Shown here: piece after piece, positions 7,266 through 16,260 of the stretch
Position numbering within the stretch: position 1 is the stretch's first letter
Layout: every line of letters begins with the position of its first letter
Virus record (IMG/VR): IMGVR_UViG_3300035492_000133
Location: 1 to 33,835 of that record
Source: a virus
Lineage: Duplodnaviria; Caudoviricetes
Direction: 5' to 3' (one strand)
DNA length: 33,835 nt
The notes under the pieces: model-generated
The model's database searches: none
What the model was told of the DNA's origin: nothing
What the model saw: only the letters and a program-made list of their open reading frames with translations
Position numbers and translations under genes: made by a program

Positions 7266-8117
7266 GTGACGGTAATAGTGGATGGCCGCCAGAACAGGGC
7301 GGCAGGTAGGGATTACGTCGAAATCAACTTTCCTGGCGCAGAGGCAGAGCTGATCACCAATGGCCAGCGCCGCCGCCTCAACAAGCTGGTAAAAGACATC
7401 AGTGCTGAAACTCAAGTTCACCCGCGGGAACTGTGGCTGGCCATGCATGACAGCGTCGGGACAAACAGTATCAGCGAAATGCGCCGTGATCAGTATCGGC
7501 AAGCTATTGAGGCGCTCCAGGGTATCCAGGCGCGAGTAGCAGACGAGGCAGAGATCCAAATGCTGATCGACCTAGTTCTTCAGGTCGTCGGCGAAAAAGG
7601 GCTGCACGCTGATATGGTGAGCTATTGTCTGACGGAGTTTGGAAAGCAGCTAAATAGACTCTCGCAGATGCAGCTGGCCCAGGTGCTGAAGTGGGTAAGC
7701 GCTGAGCCTCCGAAGCACTTGATGTTACCGGGTTCGGAAGAGATGCTTCAGGTGTGTGATGAAAGCGAAGAACTCACGGTCACCGCTTCTGGAAAAAGCA
7801 GCACAGCTGCTGGTCGCGATGTTATTGATCAACGGGAAAGCACGACGGTTAGCGCCACCGGTGAGAACTCCATAGCGGTTGGCGGTGACCTCTTCATTGG
7901 CGCGGTCGCCCCCAGTCCTAAGGGGTTCCTTGCACTGAATTTGCTGTGGGCGTTTATCTTCCTGACAGCAGCTGGATTCATTGGCCGGCAAGTCCTATCC
8001 GATGCTGCTGTGTTTGATGTGGACATCGGTTATAGCCTTGCCAGGTCTGCTCTCTGGGCCGTAATCCTGATTGCAGGCTACGGACTTATCCCGCTGTGGC
8101 GATGGGCTTACCGCTAA
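7266..8117 (+). CDS. membrane-anchored accessory protein with Flk/ORF6C-like helical region, three GxxSxAAGRD-type motifs and two C-terminal TM helices
   Basis: SD AAAGGAAG; hydrophobic segments LALNLLWAFIFLTAAGFIG and SALWAVILIAGYGLIPLW. Confidence 0.8.
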   Translation: MTVIVDGRQNRAAGRDYVEINFPGAEAELITNGQRRRLNKLVKDISAETQVHPRELWLAMHDSVGTNSISEMRRDQYRQAIEALQGIQARVADEAEIQMLIDLVLQVVGEKGLHADMVSYCLTEFGKQLNRLSQMQLAQVLKWVSAEPPKHLMLPGSEEMLQVCDESEELTVTASGKSSTAAGRDVIDQRESTTVSATGENSIAVGGDLFIGAVAPSPKGFLALNLLWAFIFLTAAGFIGRQVLSDAAVFDVDIGYSLARSALWAVILIAGYGLIPLWRWAYR

Positions 8118-8131
8118 TTCTTGGAGGATGT

Positions 8132-8320
8132 ATGAAAGGACTGGATATCGTCGGCCTTGCTCTCATTATGCTCAGCCTTGTCCTAGTGTTCGCGTTTGGC
8201 GTCACTCAGAGCAACCCAGAAATGGGCGGATATAGCTTGAATGATCTTGGGCCGATCTGGCCTGGGGTGATCGGTTTGGTTCTGGTGGTTGTGGCGAGGT
8301 TTACGGGCCGCAAGGCTTAG
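8132..8320 (+). CDS. small 2-TM membrane protein (62 aa)
   Basis: SD GGAGG, two hydrophobic helices, basic C-terminus. Confidence 0.75.
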   Translation: MKGLDIVGLALIMLSLVLVFAFGVTQSNPEMGGYSLNDLGPIWPGVIGLVLVVVARFTGRKA

Positions 8321-8399
8321 GACCGGTGCTACTTATTGATTAAGCGTTCCAGAGCCCGAAGCGGCCAGGGAAGTGATTGGTAATCAAGGAGAGGCCAAG

Positions 8400-9083
8400 A
8401 TGGCTGAAAGCAAAGGGAAGTCTTTAAGAGTACTCGCTGCGGCAACAACCGCCGCTCTGGTTCTGTCGGGCTGCACGAGCGTCAAATACAACGGCGGCGG
8501 CAGTCGAGAGTACTACATCAACGAACCACTCCCCGGTCAGGTGGCGACCCGTTCCATTGGCGATGAGATGCTCACCAAGGGCAAGGTGGTTGAGGAGTAT
8601 GTGCTGGCCGTCAGACAGCCGATTCAGGGAGCGCTGTATGCCGTTCCTGCCGGAGATTATGTTCAGGTGGGCTCGGATGAAAGGAACTACTTTTACTCGC
8701 CCATTGGTGTGACCAAAAGCCCGATTGCAGATCCCATTACCGCTCTGGCAGTTGGGCGGACACCCGGTTCCGAGCTGTGTGCGGTCAGCGTCTTTGGTAC
8801 CAGTTCCTGCTACGCAGGGAACTTCGCTCGGACAAAACGCACGCGCGCGGGGCAGACGGGGTTCCATCAAACCCTGCTCTACAACGGCCGCGTAGGCAAC
8901 AAGATCAATATCGGCTACCGCGAATTCAACAACGACATGGCTCGCCCCGCCTTCAACAACGACGTGGAGTACGATCTGTCAGCCTCTGCGGTGATTGGTT
9001 ACAAGGGGGCATCCATCGAGATCATCAAGGCCGATAACAGCAGCATCACTTACCGGGTGCTTCGCAGCTTCTCGGGGCAGTAG
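8400..9083 (+). CDS. accessory lipoprotein
   Basis: SD AAGGAG; signal peptide with lipobox LSGC; beta-rich body. Confidence 0.8.
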   Translation: MAESKGKSLRVLAAATTAALVLSGCTSVKYNGGGSREYYINEPLPGQVATRSIGDEMLTKGKVVEEYVLAVRQPIQGALYAVPAGDYVQVGSDERNYFYSPIGVTKSPIADPITALAVGRTPGSELCAVSVFGTSSCYAGNFARTKRTRAGQTGFHQTLLYNGRVGNKINIGYREFNNDMARPAFNNDVEYDLSASAVIGYKGASIEIIKADNSSITYRVLRSFSGQ

Positions 9084-9115
9084 ATGCGGCTTTTGCTGAG
9101 CCAGTCGCTGTTTGT

Positions 9116-9159
9116 TTTGCCCCTGTTCAAAAGACTCTAACCGCTCGACCTGACACCCT
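9116..9159 (+). promoter_or_regulatory. putative activator-dependent late promoter (lysis operon)
   Basis: TTTG-CCCCTGTT-CAAA, 22 bp, CACCCT. Confidence 0.7.
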
Positions 9160-9209
9160 CGACCTGTCCCTGGCAATAACGCCATTGTGCAGGTTGAGGA
9201 GTGTTACCC

Positions 9210-9563
9210 ATGTATGGTTCCCCCGCGTGTAACGCCGGATCGCGCTTCCCCCGGCTGACCCTCTGGATTCTTGTTTCTGTGTTTCTGCTGGTTGCCCTGG
9301 CGCTGGTCGCGCCCGAGCAGATGCCCGTCATCGCCTACAAGGTGGCCCTGGTCACGCTGGGCGCTGTGCTGGCCTACTGGCTTGATCGCGCTCTGTTCCC
9401 CTATGCCCGCCCGCATGAGTACATGCCGAGGCCAATGGGACCCGGCGGTTGCAGCCCAGACCCTCAGGAAGCTGACCGCTACACCATCGCCTTTGCTGCC
9501 GCCTGTCTGCGCCGCTCGCTGATCGTGCTGGCCTGCGTACTCGGCCTGACGCTGGGGCTGTGA
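9210..9563 (+). CDS. putative holin (2/3-TM holin family)
   Basis: Three hydrophobic segments, YWLDRALFPYARP motif, directly precedes endolysin; SD GAGGAG. Confidence 0.85.
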   Translation: MYGSPACNAGSRFPRLTLWILVSVFLLVALALVAPEQMPVIAYKVALVTLGAVLAYWLDRALFPYARPHEYMPRPMGPGGCSPDPQEADRYTIAFAAACLRRSLIVLACVLGLTLGL

Positions 9564-10246
9564 CCATGCAGGCCCGCGATCGTATCGACCGCCGAGGCAA
9601 CTGCCGCCTGTTCAGCCTGATTGTGCTGCTGATCTGGGTGATCATCTTTGCCTTGGCCAACTGCCAGCCCGCTGCTGCCGACGTGCCCCGTGCTGCTGAG
9701 CAATACCGCCGTGACCTGGTCAGGGTGGCGCAGCATGGCTTTGGTCTTGATGCGCCAGTGGCCACTCTGGCAGCGCAGATTCATCAGGAGAGTGGTTGGC
9801 GGCCTCATGTGACAAGCCATGCCGGTGCGCAGGGGCTGGCGCAGTTTATGCCGGCCACCGCCGAGTGGATGGCTGCGATTTACCCGCGCCGCGTGGGGCC
9901 GGCCCAGCCGTTCAATCCCGGATGGGCACTCAGAGCCATGGTGGCTTACAACCAGTGGCACCTTGAACGTATCCGAGCCACGACGCCCTGCGAACAGTGG
10001 GCGTTTGCTCTGGCCGCCTATAACGGCGGGCTGGGCTGGATCAACCGCGACAAGCGGTCAGCATCAGCTTCCGGGGCTGATCCGCTGACGTGGTTCGGAT
10101 CAGTCGAGCGCTTCAATAGCGGGCGCTCGGCCGCCAATTTCCGCGAGAACCGCAATTACCCGCGCAACATCCTCACCCGCTGGGAGCCTCTGTATGTGGC
10201 TGCTGGCTGGGGGCCGGGTGTGTGTGCTGAGAGGTATCAGTTGTGA
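9560..10246 (+). CDS. endolysin, lytic transglycosylase (SLT) with N-terminal TM/signal segment
   Basis: QIHQES, GAQGLAQFMP, AYNGG motifs. Confidence 0.92.
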   Translation: MTMQARDRIDRRGNCRLFSLIVLLIWVIIFALANCQPAAADVPRAAEQYRRDLVRVAQHGFGLDAPVATLAAQIHQESGWRPHVTSHAGAQGLAQFMPATAEWMAAIYPRRVGPAQPFNPGWALRAMVAYNQWHLERIRATTPCEQWAFALAAYNGGLGWINRDKRSASASGADPLTWFGSVERFNSGRSAANFRENRNYPRNILTRWEPLYVAAGWGPGVCAERYQL

Positions 10247-10659
10247 GCCGTTACCTGATGGCGGGCGCGCTGGTAATCGCCGCTGCTCTGGGGCTGCGCT
10301 GGCTGCTGGATTACGTCGAGGATGCAGGCCACCAGCAAGGCAAGCTGGAAGCGCAGCTGGCGTGTTCAGGGGCTCAGACCCAGCAGCTGCAGGACTTGAT
10401 CAGTTCAACCGAGGGGCTGGCCGAGCAGGCACACGTTGCCAGCACCGCGCTCAATCACTCAATCAGCGCCCGCCAGCAGGCAGACGCCAACACCACAAAG
10501 GAGCTGACCGATGCGCTCGCCCTTACTGCTGCTGAGCGTGCTCACTGCCGCTTTGATGATGACAGCATGCGCCACACAGCCGCGGCCCGTGATCGTGCAG
10601 CAGAAGCCGCTGCCGGCGGCCTTGGCGGTGCCGTGCCCGCCACCGGTGGCGATGAATGA
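10243..10659 (+). CDS. i-spanin (Rz-like)
   Basis: N-terminal TM plus Ala/Gln-rich coiled coil after endolysin. Confidence 0.8.
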   Translation: MSRYLMAGALVIAAALGLRWLLDYVEDAGHQQGKLEAQLACSGAQTQQLQDLISSTEGLAEQAHVASTALNHSISARQQADANTTKELTDALALTAAERAHCRFDDDSMRHTAAARDRAAEAAAGGLGGAVPATGGDE

Positions 10660-10780
10660 CAACAGCGCAGATGCGGCATTGCTGACGCTGAAACAGCTTT
10701 ATGACCAGTACGGCCTGTGCGCGGGCCGGCTGGTTGAACTTGTGAACTACCTGGAAACGAGAGGCCCCGATGACCCTTGA
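10511..10780 (+). CDS. o-spanin lipoprotein (Rz1-like), overlapping i-spanin
   Basis: SD AAGGAG, signal peptide ending MTAC, Pro-rich, overlapping-frame arrangement. Confidence 0.8.
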   Translation: MRSPLLLLSVLTAALMMTACATQPRPVIVQQKPLPAALAVPCPPPVAMNDNSADAALLTLKQLYDQYGLCAGRLVELVNYLETRGPDDP

Positions 10781-11129
10781 AATGACCCTGTGGCAGGCGG
10801 TGACGCTGCTGATCGCGTTCTTCGGGGCCTGCGCCGCCGCAGGCAAGTTGCTGCTGGGGCAGACCCAGCGGCACATCGATGAGCGTTTTTCGATGATGAC
10901 TTCTGCCATGGCCAGCCTTGAACAGGCCAACAAGGAAGAGGCGCAGCAGTGGAAGAAGCTGGAGCGGGACGTAATGGCCCTGCGTGCCGAGCTGCCGCTG
11001 GAGTATGTGCGCCGTGAAGACTACATCCGCGGCCAGAGCGTGATCGAGGCCAAGCTCGACGGGCTGGCCGTGAAGCTGGAGAACGCGCAGCTGCGCGGCC
11101 TGATTGGAGGAACAAACCATGCAGATTGA
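10770..11129 (+). CDS. membrane-anchored coiled-coil protein (Mu gp25-like position)
   Basis: N-terminal TM, LPLEYVRREDY motif. Confidence 0.75.
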   Translation: MTLEMTLWQAVTLLIAFFGACAAAGKLLLGQTQRHIDERFSMMTSAMASLEQANKEEAQQWKKLERDVMALRAELPLEYVRREDYIRGQSVIEAKLDGLAVKLENAQLRGLIGGTNHAD

Positions 11130-11427
11130 TCTGGCAAAGAGCCGCCGCGAGAGCCTGCGCTGGCTGATTCTGCTGACCCTGAACAACGCCCGCCCAGTGG
11201 GTGCCTACGAAGGCCCGGTGCTGGCTGTGGCACAGAGTGAATACCCAGACGCCACGCCGCTGGAGATCCGGCGTGAGCTGGACTACCTGGCTGATCGCTG
11301 CCTGGTGACACTGGACAAGCAGCCGAGCGGCAAGTGGTTTGCCGATCTAACCCGCTACGGTACCGACATTGCCGAGTACACCATTGATTGCGCGCCGGGC
11401 ATCGCTCGGCCCGTGAAGTACTGGTGA
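11119..11427 (+). CDS. Mu gp26-like winged-helix protein
   Basis: RRESLRWLIL...ELDYLADR...LTRYG...PGIARP; SD GGAGG. Confidence 0.8.
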   Translation: MQIDLAKSRRESLRWLILLTLNNARPVGAYEGPVLAVAQSEYPDATPLEIRRELDYLADRCLVTLDKQPSGKWFADLTRYGTDIAEYTIDCAPGIARPVKYW

Positions 11428-11432
11428 CCGCA

Positions 11433-12005
11433 ATGGGCCGCAAGTCCGCAGTCGACCGGCTGCCAGACGACATCAAGGCATACATCCACGGCCAGCTGGC
11501 CGATGGACGCATGACGCTGGATGAGCTGATCAGCGACCTGCAGACCCGCTGGCCAGACGAAGCCGAGGCAGGCGAGCTGCCGAGCCGCTCGGCTGTCGGT
11601 CGTTATGGCCAGAAGCTGGAGCGCCGGCTGTCTGCCATCCGCGCCAGTACCGAGGCGGCCAAGATCATCCACGCCCAGGCAGGCGACCGGGAAGACGCTC
11701 GCAGCGGCGCTCTAACCGCAATGATTCAGTCTGAGCTGTTTGAATCGATCATGGCCCTGCAGGAGGTGGACGACGAGGATATGACGCCCGGTGACCGGGT
11801 GGATCTGTTGTCCAAGGCCGCCAAGAACATCGCCACGTTGACCCGCAGCTCGGTGGCGCTCAAGCGTTACCAGGACGAGGCGGAGGAACGTGCCCGCGCG
11901 CGCCTGATCGCTGAGCAGCGCGAGAAGCTGGACGAGCTGGGCCGCACTGGTGAGGTTGACCAGGACGTACTCAATAAAGTCATCAAAGCGGCGTACGGGA
12001 TATGA
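11433..12005 (+). CDS. DUF3486 / Mu gp27-like small terminase subunit
   Basis: MGRKSAVDRLP...SRSAVGRY signature, upstream of large terminase. Confidence 0.85.
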   Translation: MGRKSAVDRLPDDIKAYIHGQLADGRMTLDELISDLQTRWPDEAEAGELPSRSAVGRYGQKLERRLSAIRASTEAAKIIHAQAGDREDARSGALTAMIQSELFESIMALQEVDDEDMTPGDRVDLLSKAAKNIATLTRSSVALKRYQDEAEERARARLIAEQREKLDELGRTGEVDQDVLNKVIKAAYGI

Positions 12006-12181
12006 GCAAGCTACTGGCTGTTGTCGGCCTGCTTTGGGTCGGTTGGTTCATCGGGTGGGTGCATGCGCACATGACTGTCGCCACCGAGTGCCGGCAGTTG
12101 GGCGCTTTCTTCGTTGGTAAGACAGTGTTCCGTTGCACGGCCATCGAGCCCAAAGAGCAGGAGCAACCCGCCGATGAATAG
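12002..12181 (+). CDS. small membrane protein (59 aa, not in ORF track)
   Basis: MSKLLAVVGLLWVGWFIGWVHAHMTVATECRQLGAFFVGKTVFRCTAIEPKEQEQPADE; ATGA coupling, fills the gap exactly. Confidence 0.75.
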   Translation: MSKLLAVVGLLWVGWFIGWVHAHMTVATECRQLGAFFVGKTVFRCTAIEPKEQEQPADE

Positions 12182-13559
12182 TCTGCAGCCCGCACTCCCG
12201 CTCTACGACTATCAACGCCGCTGGGTCAACGACGACAGCCGTTTCAAGATCGCCATGTTTGCCCGCCAGTGCGGCAAGACGTTTACCAGCACGCTGGAGC
12301 TAGCGCTGGACTGCGCACGCGCCGAAGCGCTTGGCCAGCGCCGCCGCTGGGTGATTCTCAGTCGTGGCGAGCGTCAGGCGCGCGAGGCAATGAACGAGGG
12401 CGTGAAGCTGCACCTGCAGGCCCTCAGCGCGGGCTTCCAGGCATACGACTACGACTGGGAGCCGGGTATCAAGGCGCTGGAAGTTGAGCTGCCCGGCGGC
12501 AGCAAGATCACCGCGCTGCCAGCCAACCCGGACACCGCGCGGGGCTTCTCGGCCAATGTGCTGCTCGATGAGTTCGCCTTTCACCAAGACAGCCGCGCGA
12601 TCTGGAAAGCGCTGTTTCCAGTGATTTCCAAACCCGGCCTCAAGCTGCGTGTCATCAGCACTCCCAATGGTAAGGGCAACAAGTTCTACGACCTGATGAC
12701 CGGCAAGGATGATGGCTGGAGCCGCCACACCACCGACATCTACCAGGCCGTGGCCGACGGCCTGCCGCGCAACATCGACGAGCTACGCACCGGTGCCGGT
12801 GACGCTGACCTGTGGGCGCAGGAGTTTGAGTTGCAGTGGCTGGATGAATCCAGCGCCTGGCTCGACTTCGACCTGATCACCAGCTGCGAGCATGAGTTTG
12901 CGGGCCTGCCGGAGCACTACCAGAACGGCCCCTGTTATGTGGGTGTGGATATCGCCGCCCGCAATGACCTGTTTGTGATCTGGGTGCTTGAGCGTGTGGG
13001 CGATGTGCTCTGGACCCGCGAGATCATCGAGCGCCGCCGCGCCAGCTTTGCCGAGCAGGACATGCTGCTAGATGACGTGTTCCGTCGCTACAACGTGATC
13101 CGCTGCTGCATGGACCAGACCGGCATGGGCGAGAAGCCGGTTGAGGACGCTAAGCGCCGCTATGGTGAGCTGCGCCTGGAGGGCGTGTTGTTCACCGCAG
13201 CCAACAAGCTGACGCTGGCCACCCAGGGCAAGGAACACTTCCAGGACCGCAAGCTGCGCATCCCGCAAGGCAACAACGCTTTGCGCGCGGATCTGCACAA
13301 GCTGCAGCGCGTCACCAGCGCCACCGGCGCACCGCGCTTTGTCGCGGACTCCGACAGCGCCGGCCACGCCGACCGCACCTGGGCGGGCTTTCTGGCTATC
13401 AACGCTGCGGGCGTTGAACCCATGGTCATCGACTACCGCTCATCCGGCGCCCGCGCCGAGACCCGCCAACTGGAAAGCTACGCCCCCGGCTCAGGTGGCC
13501 ACATCACCAGCCGTGGCTGGGGCACCGTGGGCGGCAACAACCTGTTTGAGGACTACTGA
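12174..13559 (+). CDS. terminase large subunit (Mu gp28-like)
   Basis: ARQCGKT Walker A, LLDEFAFH Walker B, ISTPNG, GVDIA, HAD nuclease motif. Confidence 0.95.
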   Translation: MNSLQPALPLYDYQRRWVNDDSRFKIAMFARQCGKTFTSTLELALDCARAEALGQRRRWVILSRGERQAREAMNEGVKLHLQALSAGFQAYDYDWEPGIKALEVELPGGSKITALPANPDTARGFSANVLLDEFAFHQDSRAIWKALFPVISKPGLKLRVISTPNGKGNKFYDLMTGKDDGWSRHTTDIYQAVADGLPRNIDELRTGAGDADLWAQEFELQWLDESSAWLDFDLITSCEHEFAGLPEHYQNGPCYVGVDIAARNDLFVIWVLERVGDVLWTREIIERRRASFAEQDMLLDDVFRRYNVIRCCMDQTGMGEKPVEDAKRRYGELRLEGVLFTAANKLTLATQGKEHFQDRKLRIPQGNNALRADLHKLQRVTSATGAPRFVADSDSAGHADRTWAGFLAINAAGVEPMVIDYRSSGARAETRQLESYAPGSGGHITSRGWGTVGGNNLFEDY

Positions 13560-15004
13560 TGGACAAGCCAACACTCGGCCAACAGATCGCCACCAGCGGC
13601 GATGGCATGGACATCACCCGGCCTTGGGTGGGCGCGCTGTCGCAGCCCGCCGACCCGCTGCTGCGCAAGGTCGGCGCAGACGTCAAGATCTACGAGGAGC
13701 TGCTGAGCGACTGGCAGGTCAAGTCCATGTGGCAGCAGCGCCAGCGTGCTGTGGTCAGCCGCGAGTGGCAGGTCGACGCGGGCGGCGATCGCCCGATCGA
13801 CCAGGCTGCAGCCGACCACCTGCGTGAGCAGCTGAACCGCATCGGCTGGGACCGGGTTACCGAGCGCATGCTCTACGGCGTGTTCTACGGCTACGCGGTG
13901 GCCGAGATCATCTACGGCCGCGACGACAACTACATCACCTGGGAAGCGATCAAGGTGCGCAACCGCCGCCGCTTCCGCTACAGCCCCGAAGGCGAGCTGC
14001 GTCTGCTGACGCCCAACAACATGATGGACGGTGTACCGTGCCCGGCCCCGTATTTCTGGCACTACGCAACCGGCGCAGACAACGACGACGAGCCCTACGG
14101 CATGGGCCTGGCTCATTGGCTGTATTGGCCGGTGCTGTTCAAACGCAACGGCATCAAGTTCTGGCTGATCTTCCTGGACAAGTACGGCATGCCCACCGCC
14201 AAGGGCGAGTTCGACCCGCAGACCGCCACCGAAGAGGACAAGCGCAAGCTGCTGGAGGCTGGCGAGGCCATCCGCACTGACTCAACCGTGCTGATCCCCA
14301 AGGGCATGGCGCTGGAGCTGCTGGAAGCCGCGCGCAACGGCACCGCCGACTACAAAACCCTGTATGAGGCGATGGACGCCGCAATCGCCAAGGTCACCGT
14401 AGGCCAGACCGCCAGCAGCCAGGGCACGCCCGGCCGCTTGGGCAACGACGACCTGCAGGGCGATGTGCGCCTGGACCTGATCAAGGCCGATGCAGACCTG
14501 GTGTGCGAGTCATTCAACGATGGCCCGGTGCGCTGGCTGACGGAGTGGAACTTCCCCGGCGCGGCACCGCCGCGCGTGTACCGCGTGGTGGAAGAGCCCG
14601 AGGACCTAAACGGCCGCGCCGACCGGGACGAGAAAGTCACCCGCATGGCGGGCTTCAAGCCCACCCGCCAGTACGTGGAAACCACCTACGGCGTGGAGCT
14701 GGAAGAGCAGCCCGAGCCCGCGACGCCGGCCGCCCCTGCGCAGTTTGCCGAGGCTGGCGAGCCGAGCGACCCGGCGTCTGCGATGCTTGAGCGCACAGAG
14801 CAACAGGTGCAACCGGCAGTTGATGGCTGGGCGCAGCAGCTGGCCGAGCTGGCCGAGGCTGGGGCATCACCTGACCGCATGCGTGACGAGCTGCTGCGCC
14901 TGGCACCGAACCTGTCGCTGGACGAGTACAGCACCCGCATGACCGAGGCGCTGACACTGGCCGCGCTGGCCGGGCGCAACGACATCGAGGATGAGGTGCG
15001 CTGA
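13559..15004 (+). CDS. portal protein (DUF935 / Mu gp29-like)
   Basis: PYGMGL...FLDKYGMP, VGQT motifs; follows terminase. Confidence 0.92.
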   Translation: MDKPTLGQQIATSGDGMDITRPWVGALSQPADPLLRKVGADVKIYEELLSDWQVKSMWQQRQRAVVSREWQVDAGGDRPIDQAAADHLREQLNRIGWDRVTERMLYGVFYGYAVAEIIYGRDDNYITWEAIKVRNRRRFRYSPEGELRLLTPNNMMDGVPCPAPYFWHYATGADNDDEPYGMGLAHWLYWPVLFKRNGIKFWLIFLDKYGMPTAKGEFDPQTATEEDKRKLLEAGEAIRTDSTVLIPKGMALELLEAARNGTADYKTLYEAMDAAIAKVTVGQTASSQGTPGRLGNDDLQGDVRLDLIKADADLVCESFNDGPVRWLTEWNFPGAAPPRVYRVVEEPEDLNGRADRDEKVTRMAGFKPTRQYVETTYGVELEEQPEPATPAAPAQFAEAGEPSDPASAMLERTEQQVQPAVDGWAQQLAELAEAGASPDRMRDELLRLAPNLSLDEYSTRMTEALTLAALAGRNDIEDEVR

Positions 15005-16260
15005 TGGCAACCCCGGCCACCTACGGCAGCCTGCCGTTCGACGAGCAGATCCAGTTTCTGCAGCGCAAGCTGCCTAGCGTGGACTATGCCCAGGTGCGCC
15101 AAGCGGCACATGACCAGGCGTTTGTGGTTGCTGGTGGCCACCGCCTGGATATGGTCAGCGACATTCACGCGGTGCTGAACCGCAACCTGCGCGAAGGCGA
15201 CACCCTGGAGCGCTTCCGCGAGGACTTCTACGCCGTGCTGGACCACTACGGCTGGCAGCCAGAGGGCGGCCGCGACTGGCGCTCACGGGTGATCTACGAA
15301 ACCAACCTGCGCACCAGCTATGCCGCGGGGCGATACCAACAGCTGCAGGCGGTGAAGGAAGACCGCCCGTTCTGGATGTACGTTCACTCAGACGCCGTGA
15401 TCACCCCACGGCCGGAGCATGAAGCCTGGGACGGCCTGGTGCTATCTGCAGATGACCCATGGTGGCAAACCCATTACCCGCCCAATGGCTGGGGCTGCCA
15501 GTGCGGCGTGCGCGCATTGAACCAGCGGGATCTGGACCGCCTCGGCAAGAGCGGCCCGGATCAGGCACCGCCGCTGAACGAGCGCCAGATCGTCCATAAG
15601 GGCGAGCGCGTGAGCGTGCCCGAAGGCATCGACGCCGGCTGGAACTACGCGCCCGGTCGCAGCGCCTTTGAGCAGCAGGTGCAACACGTACTGGAGAAGG
15701 TGCCGGCACTGCCGGCGGATCTGGGCGCGGCAACAAGCCGCGAGCTGGTGCTGTACCCAGCGGTGCAGCAGGCACTGGCCAGTGACTGGCGGCGCCTGCT
15801 CACCCAGGTGATGGACGACGGCAAGCCGCGTGGCCGCCAGCTGGTGGTGGGTGCGCTGAGCCCGAAGGTCGTCGCTGGCATGCAGGGTGCGGGTGTTGTT
15901 GCAGCTACTGCTGCAATCACGATGAACGACAAGAGCATGCTGCATGCACTGCGTGACACCAAGGCTGGCGCCGTTACCGCGGCAGGTCGCCCGAAGGCTA
16001 TCAGCCAGGACGAGCTAGCGCGCCTGCCAGAGATCCTCGCTCAGCCTCAGGCTGTGCTGCTCGATCAGGGCAGCGGGACGCTGATCTATGTGTTCCCGGC
16101 TGAACAGCGTGAGGCGGGCAAGATCGCAGTGAAGGTGAATTACCGGCTCAAAGCGGGCGAGCTGACCAATGCCGTGCGTTCTGGGTCGCTGATTGATCTG
16201 GCAGATGTGCGCAAGGATGTGGATGGCGGGTTGCTGATCGTGCTGGAGGGGCAACTGTGA
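15004..16260 (+). CDS. MuF (gpF-like) minor head protein with C-terminal PBECR-like extension
   Basis: IYETNLRTSYAAGRYQQ, RPEH, WWQTHYPPNGWGCQC; tail LHALRD...LPEILAQPQAVLLD...LIYVF...KIAVKVN. Confidence 0.88.
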   Translation: MATPATYGSLPFDEQIQFLQRKLPSVDYAQVRQAAHDQAFVVAGGHRLDMVSDIHAVLNRNLREGDTLERFREDFYAVLDHYGWQPEGGRDWRSRVIYETNLRTSYAAGRYQQLQAVKEDRPFWMYVHSDAVITPRPEHEAWDGLVLSADDPWWQTHYPPNGWGCQCGVRALNQRDLDRLGKSGPDQAPPLNERQIVHKGERVSVPEGIDAGWNYAPGRSAFEQQVQHVLEKVPALPADLGAATSRELVLYPAVQQALASDWRRLLTQVMDDGKPRGRQLVVGALSPKVVAGMQGAGVVAATAAITMNDKSMLHALRDTKAGAVTAAGRPKAISQDELARLPEILAQPQAVLLDQGSGTLIYVFPAEQREAGKIAVKVNYRLKAGELTNAVRSGSLIDLADVRKDVDGGLLIVLEGQL

